Positions 48,672 to 59,835 of a DNA stretch of 64,000 nucleotides are shown piece by piece. Position 1 is the first letter of the stretch. Every line of letters starts with the position of its first letter. The position numbers and the translations under genes are program-made. Source of the DNA: Macrostomum hystrix (Eukaryota; Animalia; Platyhelminthes); NCBI GenBank assembly GCA_950097015.1, contig CATNEN010000032.1, forward strand, positions 248,001 through 312,000. Reading direction: 5' to 3'. A model generated the notes under the pieces. It ran no database searches and was not told the origin of the DNA. It worked only from the letters and a program-made list of their open reading frames with translations.

Positions 48672-48821
48672 GGCCAAATCGACTGATAACGCTTGATTAT
48701 ATTCTGTTTATTGTGTTTTAAAACTCGCTGGAAACCATTTGATGCAAAGTTGAATTCGAAGTAACAATTAAACAAAAAAAATTATTATTATAATACACAT
48801 CGGGTTCATTTATTTGGGGCT

Positions 48822-49057
48822 GTCAGTCAGTCAGTCAGTCAGTCAGTCAGTCAGTCAGTCAATCAGTCAGTCAGTCAGTCAGTCAGTCAGTCAGTCAGTC
48901 AGTCAGTCAGTCAGTCAGTCAGTCAGTCAGTCAGTCAGTCAGTCAGTCAGTCAGTCAGTCAGTCAGTCAGTCAGTCAGTCAGTCAGTCAGTCAGTCAGTC
49001 AGTCAGTCAGTCAGTCAGTCAGTCAGTCAGTCAGTCAGTCAGTCAGTCAGTCAGTCA
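48822..49057. repeat. (CAGT)n microsatellite
   Basis: Near-perfect tetranucleotide run about 150 bp upstream of Ig gene 2. Confidence 0.98.
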
Positions 49058-49184
49058 CAGAGCCATAGCTACTTGCTTGAAAGGTACTGGGATGAGAAAA
49101 AGACAAAGAGGGTACATACTCTGAATTACGTATACTCAATGTATACTCAAGAATACGTTGATTGGGAAGAGTAAGAAGCAGGGC

Positions 49185-49360
49185 GGTAGAGTGAGATGTA
49201 GGTTGGGTAGAGTGAGATGCAGGTTGGTTAGATTGAGATGCAGGTTGGGTAGAGTGAGATGTAGGCTGTAGGTTGGGTAGAGTGAGATGCAGGTTGGGTA
49301 GATTGAGATGCAGGTTGGGTAGAGTGAGATGTAGGTTGGGTAGAGTGAGATGTAGGGTGA
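49185..49360. repeat. 21-bp tandem repeat GTAGAGTGAGATG(C/T)AGGTTGG
   Basis: Directly visible. Confidence 0.85.
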
Positions 49361-49531
49361 GTAGGGTGAGAATGGGACTCACATAGGAGAAGTGCAACAG
49401 CGGATGGAGTTCAGAGGAAGTCAATTCAGAGTCCAAATACACGGAAGCAAAGGCGAAAAAAACCAAATAAAATTTAAAAAATGCTGTAAAATGGCGAAAG
49501 CAAATGCGCTGCAAAATTTATTTTCATATTT

Positions 49532-49781
49532 CATAACAGCTGCTGTTCTTAACTGCATAACAGCTGCTGTTCTCAACTGCATAACAGCTGCTGTTCTTAA
49601 CTGCATAACAGCTGCTGTTCTCAACTGCATAACAGCTGCTGTTCTCAACTGCATAACAGCTGCTGTTCTCAACTGCATAACAGCTGCTGTTCTTAACTGC
49701 ATAACAGCTGCTGTTCTCAACTGCATAACAGCTGCTGTTCTCAACTGCATAACAGCTGCTGTTCTCAACTGCATAACAGCC
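49532..49781. repeat. 24-bp tandem repeat ATAACAGCTGCTGTTCT(C/T)AACTGC
   Basis: Directly visible, about 10 copies. Confidence 0.95.
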
Positions 49782-50614
49782 TGTTCTTTAATGCCAGCGA
49801 TATTACTGGAAACAAAAAACCTGATGACGAGGATAACGAAAGCATATGGGAAGTACATCAACACGAACCAAAAAGAGCTACAGAAAACCAAATCTGGACC
49901 AGAGAAATAGACAAGGAAATCATCAAGGAAAATATATAGACTACAATGAACTGTGACGCAGGCATGCAAAACTTACATTTTCAATTCCAAATATTGAAGG
50001 CCAATAACAGATGCAACTTAGCCTATTTTTGGGCTGAGAGAACGCAGACGGAGAAGACACAAAGAGCACCTGGGAAAATGCAATTAGGGGAGTCGACTGA
50101 TACGACACACCTGGCATCGCTACTCACGCTACCACATTGTGAGTGCCGGCAAAGTAGCAGAGTTAGCAGAGTACGAGGAAATTAGTAGCTAGGAGGATGT
50201 CGCTAGGTGGGATAAAATTAGGATAGGGACTCTTAAAACTACAAACTTTAACGAACACGGTACAATTAGCTGCATCTGGGTCCACACGATATGTAGAGAA
50301 AAAGATGAAATCATATTATACAAATATTACTTCTTGGGTCTTGGAGCTGACTAGATTCTGAAATAAAATATATAAACAGGTTGCGCAAGCAGCAAGCTAA
50401 AACACATCACGCGTTTGTACCTCTGGATTATAAGTAAACGCTACTCGATATGTATAGAACATGTTATTCTTTCTCTTAAAAAGCGAACGAGAAGAAAAGA
50501 AGGAGAAAGAAATAACTCGCTAAACTCAGGTGCTTTTCCGAACGAAGCTCGGTGGAAGAGGTGGTAATTAAATAAGGCTAATTGGAATCCTGACCAGACG
50601 CCTGAAAGACTGCT

Positions 50615-50885
50615 CAACAAATGAGTACAGTATGCTCAGAAACAAATGAGTACAGAATGCTCAACAAATGAGCACAGTATGCATTACAAATGAGTACAGA
50701 GTCTGCTCAAATAATGAGTACAGAGTGCTCAAAATTGAGCATAGTATGCTCAACTATTGAGTGTACTCTCAGTGTGCTCAACTATTGAGTGTACTCGCAG
50801 TGTGCTTAACTATTGAGTGTACTCACAGTGTGCTCAACTATTGAGTGCACTCACAGCGTGCTTAACTATTGAGCACATTGTGCTC
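50615..50885. repeat. Short tandem repeats (AAATGAGTACAG... then 28-bp CTCAACTATTGAGTGTACTCACAGTGTG) just 3' of the WFS1 stop
   Basis: Directly visible, degenerate. Confidence 0.75.
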
Positions 50886-53800
50886 AAATAATCAGTATAG
50901 GCTGCAGGCAAAACGATACCAGTCGAAAGAACAGTCTTGCCCAGCTCCAATCGTCGTCATCGTCATCGTCGTCGTCAGTATCGTCGTCGACTTTTCCGCC
51001 GCCGGAAGCGGCAGCGGCCGTGGAGCCGCCAGCTGGAGAAGATTTTGACGCGCCGGTTGTCGATTTTCGAGTCTTCGCCGGCCTCAGAGTCCAGACGCAG
51101 TTGCTGCAGTCCAGACTGCGCAGTCGAACCCTGGCCGGATCGGACAGGGTGTCCTCGATGACGCCGGAGAATCTAACCCGATGCCCGGCGGTCAGCAGGC
51201 GAGCCTGGTCTCTCAGACTGGACGGCGCCAGCAGCACAACCTGGGCCTGACTGTTCAAACTGGAATTAGCGTAGCGCAGCTTCGGGCTGATCGCAATGTG
51301 ATAAGTGTGATCATTGTAGTCCTCCAGGTGGCAGTCCTTCTGCTCGGCGAGGGCTTCGCACAGGGCCGGGCCGAACCGAGCCACGGTGGCATTGTCGCAC
51401 ACGTACGGCCGGCCGTAGGTGCAAGCGAATAGGCGATGCAGAAATGCTGGCAAAAATTTTACGAAATCTTTCATCTTATTATCCGTGCGACCAATGGCCA
51501 CGCCACGAACTGTGCCCTGCCAGTAGACTCGAACACCTTCCAGATGGGCGCACACGGCCTGAGCCTCCACGCGATTGTTGTGACAGGACCAGCCGCGCTG
51601 ACAGCACACCTGGTAGATTGGGGAGAATCGGTAGACTGGTAGATTAGGGATAATTGTTAGACTGGTAGATAAGGGATATTTGTTGGACTGTTAGATTGGG
51701 GAGAATAGGTAGACTGATAGATTGGGGAGAATTGGTAAACTGGTAGATTGGGGAGAATAGTTAGACTGGTAGATTTGGGAGAATAGGTAGACTGGTAGAT
51801 TGGGGAGAACTGGTAGACTGGTAGATTTTGGAGAATCGATAGACTGGTAGATTGGGGAGAATCGATAGACTGGTAGATTGGGGAGAATATGTAGACTGGT
51901 AGATTGGGGATAATTGTTAGACTGGTAGATTAGGGAGAATATGTAGACTGGTAGATTGGGGAGAATTGGTAGACTGATAGATTGGGGATAATTGTTAGAC
52001 TGGTAGATTAGGGATATTTGTTGGACTATTAGATTGGGGAGAATTGGTAAACTGGAAGATTGGGGAGAATATGTAGACTGGCAGATTGGGGGAGAATATT
52101 CAGACTGGCAGATTGGGGAGAATCGGTAGACTGGTAGATTAGGGATATTTGTTGGACTGTTAGATTGGGGAGAATTGTTAGACTGGTAGATTAGTGATAA
52201 TTGTTAGACTGGTAGATTGGGGATAATTGTTAGACTGGTAGATTGGGGATAATTATTAGGGGTGTCTAAAGGGGTGTAAAAAGGCAGAGTGGCGGGTGTC
52301 TACGGCAGGCTCACCTGGCTAAACTGCTCATAGCTAAGCGAGGGCAGGTTGGTTCTGGCTGATTCTGTAGCAACTGGCTCAGCCCGCAGCCAGTAAAGTA
52401 CAAACGGAATGAGACAGCAGGCGGTGAAGAAGGCTGCTAGGCAGGCCCTGTACAGAGTGGGATAATCCTGTTTGAGATTAGTCCTACCAATTGTTAATCC
52501 ATTCTGTACACCGTAGATCATTATAACACTAAGCAACAGCAGCAGCAGCAGGCCGCAAGCCTGCCACAGGTAGACAAACAGTGCGGCAGGCGTGTGGGCC
52601 AGTACAACGGCCAGTATGTACAGGCAGAGCAGAGGCAGCCAGGCAAACGCCAACCCGATGCCGCTAGCCAATCGGAGAACGCCGCCAATGGTGGCCTCCG
52701 GGGCGAACAGTAGGCCGAAGTGCCACCAGGCGCCGGCTAGGAGGCAGGGCACAGCAGAGCGGCACGGCAGCAGGCTGGCTAAGCAGGCCAGGGAGGCCAG
52801 CTTGGCCGCAGCCGGCAGGCTCAGCGACAGCCGCACCGCCGACTGGTGAGCGAGGCCGGTCCATTGGGGCAAAGGTAGAGCGGCGGCGGGTGCCACAGTC
52901 CAGGCCAGCCAGCTGGGCAGGCGATCGGCCGGGGAGTCGGAGGAGCCGCTGAGCATTGCGGGCAGGCCGGAGTAGAGGCTGGCTAGAAGGAAGGCCAGCT
53001 TTGTCCATCTGAGGAGGGGGAGGGAGATTAGGATGACTGAAATTTAAGGGAAATGGGGATAATTATTAGAGATGTGACAAATCAAATGGATAATGGCATA
53101 TCAGGGAGAAGGGGATAATGAAGGATCTGGCATATGATGATAATGGCAGATATGAGAGATAGAATAATGGGGGATCTAAGAGATTAGATAATGAGAGATC
53201 TGCAAGATGGGGACAATGGAAGATCTGAGAGATTGCATAATGGGAGATTTTAGAGATTAGATAATGAGAGATCTGATAGATAGGGACAATGGAAGATCTG
53301 AGAGATTGCATAATGGGAGATCTGAGAGATTGCATAATGGGAGATCTGAGAGATTGAATATTGGCAGATCTGGGATGAGGAATAAAGTACTGTTCATTTA
53401 AAATATTTCTGTGGTACATGATTCGCTAGAAACCAGCACTATTAAAACACTCAAATTCTTGTTTTCTGTATCGCCCAAAATATTCAACAATCGCCATGAA
53501 AATCCGGAATACTGGCTAAAATTTTCCGCTCCACACGATGAAACAACTACCAGAATCACAAAAACATCGGCATCGTCAAGATTTTCAACGATTCTCGTCG
53601 GGATGTCTGATGGCAAAAACCACAATTTTCGCATAATTTTGCAAGGAATAGTTTTTTGCTAACAAAATTCCATTGTTATATTGTTAATTTTAATATTACG
53701 AGATTATTAATATTGTTGTCCTTGTCACCAGGGTCGTTGGGAGAAGACCCAAAATTGAAAAAAAGCGATTAAATATGAACGAATTAACAATGAAATGCAT

Positions 53801-56178
53801 TATTTAGCAATATGAACATCATGCGTGCCATGGGCTATGCAACATTTTATCACATAAAAGTGCATTTAGCTATCTTGTCAAATCTCGCAAAGCGCCGGAC
53901 ACTAAAGACAATAAAAATGGTGGATCGTATTAAGAAAAAGAATAAGGTCAAGAGACTGGTGATGGATGAGGTGGATGGCGGGTGAAAGCTGTGTGACCAA
54001 GTAGGGAATGCTTGCGTCAGCTGTGTCTAGTCCAAATAGTATCTGGGCTATAATGAAGGCCCAACTCATTATCTCGGACTAGGAGCTGTGCATGCTAATA
54101 CGAGTAATAGTAATTGCAGGTGGGTTTTATGAATATATAATAATTTGGTGACCCGAAGCCAGCGAGGAAGCAATTCTGCTCATTCCGCTGACTCCTGAGC
54201 ACACCACACGCACACAGATACCGTACTCAGGCACACACTCACACTGGTGTGTACATCTGCCCTGACTTTCTCATTGTCAGGCAGTCAACAATCTCACCTG
54301 CCTTGGAGGTTGGCCCTCAATGACTTAAATTGCACGACAAGCCCCCGCAATAGCCCTGCCCCTGATCGATCAATAAATCACCTGTATCTCTTGTCGCCAC
54401 CACCGTAAAGCAGCAGCAGCAGGGCCAGAAGGCAGCTGAGGAGCAGCATCTCGGAGGCGGGCACCAGCAGGTGGCTGCAGAGGCCGTAGGCCAGCGCCGA
54501 GCACAGACAGGCGGCGAGGCAGCCGACGCTGCTAGCCATCAGGCCGTGCTGATTCCTACGGCTGCCCAGTCGACGCACTGCCGCGGTTCTCTCAGCGTCG
54601 GTGGCGTCGCGCAGCAGGCGCTTGACGGCTCGCCGCAGCGGCTTGCCACGCCGCCTGTCGGTGACCAGGGCGTGCAAGACCCGGAAGCTGCAGGTCAGCA
54701 TGCAGGCCAGGCCGCAGTAGAACAGGGCTAGCCAGCCCAGCTGTTGGAGGAAGTCGGCGTTAAGCCAACGGGACAGCAGTAGCAGCATCAGGGTGACAAC
54801 TTCGTGAATGGGCAGCAGGCTCATGATCCAGTAGCCGCCCTGCCTGGCCGCAACCTCCAGTGTCTGATCAACGAAGGTGCTGGGAAAGTCAATCAGCTTG
54901 CGCAGCAGACTGCTCGACTGCCCGACGCCTCTGCCGCCAGCCGCACCGGAGGCCTGACGAAGACGTAGGCCGGCCGGGTCGGCTAGCAGGAATTCGCTGC
55001 TGGTGTAGCTGGACGCCTCACGTAGGGATTCGATGACGCACTCGCGACTAATCTCCTGCACGAGGGAATTTCAGTGGGAATAACTAAGAGCTCAGTTTGA
55101 TAGCCATATCATTCTGTGACTTTAGAAGTGATCTTCAGAATATGGGACTATCCATCCCAAACTGCTAAGAGCCGCTATATCCAACGATGTTTCAGAGGAT
55201 AAGCCCGCTATCGCAAACGATGATCCTCAGAGGATAAGCCCGCTATTCCTAACGATGATCCTCAGAGGATAAGCCCGATATTCCAAACGATGATCCTGAG
55301 GCGATAAGCCCGCTATTCCAAACGATGATCCTCAGGGGATAAGCCCGCTATTCCTAACGATGATCCTCAGATGATAAGCCCGCTATTCCAAACCATGATC
55401 CTCAGAGGATAAGCCCGCTATCCCAAACGATGATCCTCAGATGATAAGCCCGCTATTCCAAACCATGATCCTCAGAGGATAAGCCCGCTATCCCCGACGA
55501 TGATCCTCAGGGGATAAGCCCGCTATCCCCGACGATGATTCTCAGGGGATAAGCCCGCTATCCCAGACGATGATCCTCAGAGGATAAGCCCGCTATCCCA
55601 GACGATGATCCTCAGGGGATAAGCCTGCTATCCCAGACGATGATCCTCAGGGGATAAGCCCGCTATCCCAGACGATGATCCTCAGGGGATAAGCCCGCTA
55701 TCCCAGACGATGATCCTCAGGGGATAAGCCCGCTATCGCAAGGAAGACCAGGAAGACCATATTCCACCTGCTCAGTAGGATGTGCAGCTAGTAGGCCGTG
55801 CAAAGAATTGACCAACTCGTCAAAAGAATTCGATGTAAACAATCGATCAATTGCATCATCTGAAGCGCTAGTATCTCTGCCGTTGCCATTATTCCAGCGT
55901 CCACCAGTTGCCGATGAAGCAGCAGCAATATCATCAAAGGACTGGGCCGGATAAGACAGTCGACGAGTTGCTGCCATATCAGAGCTGGCACTGGCACTGG
56001 CACTGCCAACTGTTGAATGCAGCCTGACTGTTCTAAGCCTGGCTGGCTGCTGAGCAGCTTTCAATGACGATTCGGGGTTATCCTCGACTGTAGCATTGAC
56101 TATCGAGGCCGGATCGACATTGCTAGGCATCTCAGTTGCCGAGGCTGTACGCTTGAAGGCTTGCGCTGGCTGCGACAT
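50884..56178 (-). CDS. WFS1: Wolframin (WFS1)-like ER multipass membrane protein, ~834 aa; exons 56178-55768, 55055-54382, 53008-52315, 51609-50884
   Basis: Luminal domain LSYEQF..|.CCQRGW...NRVEAQAVCAHLEGVRVYWQG...FLPAFLHRLFACTYG...CHLEDY parallels WFS1 [35 protein letters not shown]...LPFF..DWMRCLYG. Many TM helices in exons 2-3. Phases 0/2/0 are consistent; total 2505 nt. Confidence 0.85.
51610..52258. repeat. Minisatellite, 26-bp unit CTGGTAGATTGGGGAGAATCGGTAGA, WFS1 intron 3
   Basis: Directly visible; the terminal unit contains the splice acceptor. Confidence 0.93.
53090..53370. repeat. Degenerate tandem repeat (GAGATTGCATAATGGGAGATCT core), WFS1 intron 2
   Basis: The core motif recurs several times. 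Confidence 0.75.
55185..55740. repeat. Minisatellite, 35-bp unit GATGATCCTCAG(A/G)GGATAAGCCCGCTATCCCAGAC, WFS1 intron 1
   Basis: Directly visible, about 16 copies. Confidence 0.95.
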
Positions 56179-56822
56179 GCCAGCTAAGTGGCGAATTAAA
56201 AATAATTTATTTTGTGCTTTAACTTCTTTGGTTTCCTGTCTTTGGTTTCTTGCAATATTTAGTGCACCGCGTGTCCTACGAATCTGAAGTTATACATATT
56301 GCAGCCCATTTTTTAATTCTGACATTTAAAGAAAAATATAATACGCTTCAAACATCTCTAATTAAGTAAAGCCTACTTTAATTAACAGTAAGTAGCATAT
56401 AAGTAAGAATTAATAAATTAGATTTCAACAAGTATAAGACTTCGTAACACAAAAATAGCCAGTAAAGTCCATAGGACTTTACTAGCTTTTATCTCTCCAG
56501 GTATTCGATTTATCGCTTAATTTAGGCCTTCAAAGCTTTTAAAAAGACCAGAAGACGTCAATTTAGAGCAAACAGACAACACAACAAATCTACACAATGT
56601 GCATCTATCACGCCTCCAAAGATACTGGGTGGCCCATTGTCCAGCAGCTTCCTCGCTCGCTTTATATTTTGTCAGTTGGATATGAAAGGATAATATTAGA
56701 TGGGGGAAATACCCACAAACCAAACAATGCTTCGCTCATGAGTTCAACTCGAGACTTTAGTCCCTTAGTCCCTTAGATACGAGACCTTAGTCATCTTAGT
56801 TATTCGTGCTGTTCAGTTAGAT

Positions 56823-57167
56823 TTAGCCAAACTTGTAGCGCCAATCAAACAGATTGATCTTCCTATTGCTCTCCGGCACGTAGGGCAGCGGTCGCAGGTA
56901 GGACAGCTGGGAGGACACAAGGAAGGAGCGCGGCAGAGAGGACCTAAGATTACTACGGCGACGTTGCAGTTGCTGGGGCAACGGTGTCGGACACTCCGGC
57001 TGAATCATCTCGGATTCTTCCACCTTTGCCAGCTCCAGCACATCGTCCGGCACGAAGGCAGCCTCCGTGGTGACTCCGACAGTGTCGATCACAGCGGCAG
57101 CCTGGCTGCAGTTGAACTCGAAGCAAACAGTTACTACGGCGGAGACTAGAAGCAATCCGAAGCGCAT
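56823..57167 (-). CDS. Secreted small protein, candidate neuropeptide precursor (114 aa, intronless)
   Basis: Signal-like N-terminus MRFGLLLVSAVVTVCF; acidic spacer; RRR and RK basic sites; ends ...RK-INLFDWRYKF-G-stop. GC-rich coding-like composition. Confidence 0.6.
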   Translation of the reverse strand: MRFGLLLVSAVVTVCFEFNCSQAAAVIDTVGVTTEAAFVPDDVLELAKVEESEMIQPECPTPLPQQLQRRRSNLRSSLPRSFLVSSQLSYLRPLPYVPESNRKINLFDWRYKFG

Positions 57168-57899
57168 TTTAGGCTCGATTTTCTTCTCTCTAGTTCTAGG
57201 CCTATTAGAATAGAGACCTTTACTTGACTAAAGTCAGTAAGAGCTTCAAACATGCCGCTGGAGTCTTCTATTTATGTTTTTGTCTGCATCCGGACTGACC
57301 AACTGCAGACTGCGAGCCAATAAGGATTGAAGGCAGATGAGTAGAGACTCCGGCCATGGTTGGTTGACGAATCCGAAAAAGACGTAGGGATAAGCAGCAC
57401 TGTCAACATTTGAGCGTTGCGATGAAATCCAAATTACGGCAAATGAGAATTGAGTAGAATTATTAAAATGAAGTAAATTAAGATGCAATGTAATCCTTTT
57501 AGCCATCTATCGCAGCTCAACATCAGAATAATAAGAAAATAATCGCTTCTGCGTTGGCAACGTCTTCTCTTTACATGTATTCATAAATGAAACTTTTTGT
57601 GGATCGGAAAAACTAGTTTTGCGGATATTCGATCGAAGAAGACTCCTGATACAGTTCTCTTTGACGAAATTTGTATATGCTTTGAATATTCCCGCGCTTC
57701 GAACACTTTATTGGGAGTGTTTGGGAACAAGTGAAGGTAAAATATTCTGTGACAGGCTATATGACTGGTTTGAGTAGTTTGTCATGCATCCAAAAACAAG
57801 TTGTCGAATGATTCTCTTGAGCATAAGCGATGAGCTATTGTCTGTGAGTATTGTCTGCTGATTCTCTGAATTAAACAGTTGATTCTCCCGTGCAGTTGA

Positions 57900-59835
57900 T
57901 GAGTTGTTTTGAGCAGCCGAACCATTGTATGTGAGCCAGTTGCTGATTCTCTAAACCAAAGAGTTGATTATCTTGTGCAGTTTGTCAGTTGTTTTGAGCA
58001 GCCGAACCATTGTATGTGAGCCAGTTGCTGATTCTCTAAACCAAAGAGTTGATTATCTTGTGCAGTTTATCAGTTGTTTTGAGAAGCCGAACCATTGTAT
58101 GTGAGCCAGTTGCTGATTCTCTAAACCAAAGAGTTGATTATCTTGTGCAGTTTGTCAGTTGTTTTGAGCAGCCGAACCATTGTATGTGAGCCAGTTGCTG
58201 ATTCTCTAAACCAAAGAGTTGATTATCTTGTGCAGTTTGTCAGTTGTTTTGAGCAGCCGAACCATTGTATGTGAGCCAGTTGCTGATTCTCTAAACCAAA
58301 GAGTTGATTATCTTGTGCAGTTTGTCAGTTGTTTTGAGCAGCCGAACCATTGTATGTGAGCCAGTTGCTGATTCTCTAAACCAAAGAGTTGATTATCTTG
58401 TGCAGTTTGTCAGTTGTTTTGAGCAGCCGAACCATTGTATGTGAGCCAGTTGCTGATTCTCTAAACCAAAGAGTTGATTATCTTGTGCAGTTTGTCAGTT
58501 GTTTTGAGCAGCCGAACCATTGTATGTGAGCCAGTTGCTGATTCTCTAAACCAAAGAGTTGATTATCTTGTGCAGTTTGTCAGTTGTTTTGAGCAGCCGA
58601 ACCATTGTATGTGAGCCAGTTGCTGATTCTCTAAACCAAAGAGTTGATTATCTTGTGCAGTTTGTCAGTTGTTTTGAGCAGCCGAACCATTGTATGTGAG
58701 CCAGTTGCTGATTCTCTAAACCAAAGAGTTGATTATCTTGTGCAGTTTGTCAGTTGTTTTGAGCAGCCGAACCATTGTATGTGAGCCAGTTGCTGATTCT
58801 CTAAACCAAAGAGTTGATTATCTTGTGCAGTTTGTCAGTTGTTTTGAGCAGCCGAACCATTGTATGTGAGCCAGTTGCTGATTCTCTAAACCAAAGAGTT
58901 GATTATCTTGTGCAGTTTGTCAGTTGTTTTGAGCAGCCGAACCATTGTATGTGAGCCAGTTGCTGATTCTCTAAACCAAAGAGTTGATTATCTTGTGCAG
59001 TTTGTCAGTTGTTTTGAGCAGCCGAACCATTGTATGTGAGCCAGTTGCTGATTCTCTAAACCAAAGAGTTGATTATCTTGTGCAGTTTGTCAGTTGTTTT
59101 GAGCAGCCGAACCATTGTATGTGAGCCAGTTGCTGATTCTCTAAACCAAAGAGTTGATTATCTTGTGCAGTTTGTCAGTTGTTTTGAGCAGCCGAACCAT
59201 TGTCTGTGAACTAGTTGCTGATTCTCTAAACCAAAGAGTTGATTATCTTGTGCAGTTTGTCAGTTGTTTTGAGCAGCCGAACCATTGTATGTGAGCCAGT
59301 TGCTGATTCTCTAAACCAAAGAGTTGATTATCTTGTGCAGTTTGTCAGTTGTTTTGAGCAGCCGAACCATTGTCTGTGAACTAGTTGCTGATTCTCTAAA
59401 CCAAAGAGTTGATTATCTTGTGCAGTTTGTCAGTTGTTTTGAGCAGCCGAACCATTGTCTGTGAACTAGTTGCTGATTCTCTAAACCAAAGAGTTGATTA
59501 TCTTGTGCAGTTTGTCAGTTGTTTTGAGCAGCCGAACCATTGTCTGTGAACTAGTTGCTGATTCTCTAAACCAAAGAGTTGATTATCTTGTGCAGTTTGT
59601 CAGTTGTTTTGAGCAGCCGAACCATTGTCTGTGAACTAGTTGCTGATTCTCTAAACCAAAGAGTTGATTATCTTGTGCAGTTTGTCAGTTGTTTTGAGCA
59701 GCCGAACCATTGTCTGTGAACTAGTTGCTGATTCTCTAAACCAAAGAGTTGATTCTCCTGTGCAGTTTATCAGTTGTTTTGAGCAGCCGAACCATTGTCT
59801 GTGAGCCAGTTGCTGATTATTTTGTCAGTTGTTTT
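57900..59835. repeat. Satellite, 85-bp unit (GAGCAGCCGAACCATTGTATGTGAGCCAGTTGCTGATTCTCTAAACCAAAGAGTTGATTATCTTGTGCAGTTTGTCAGTTGTTTT), ~22 copies
   Basis: Unit starts at 57911 and 57996 etc.; central copies are nearly identical. Confidence 0.98.

Noticed and set aside
49392-49969. ITAAVLNC / MQLRTAAV repeat ORFs
   Set aside because: Artefacts of the 24-bp array.
14485-59835. Regular arrays that might be taken for CRISPR (26, 29, 33, 23, 28, 35 and 85 bp)
   Set aside because: They are head-to-tail monomers with no unique spacers, there are no cas genes, and the context is eukaryotic.
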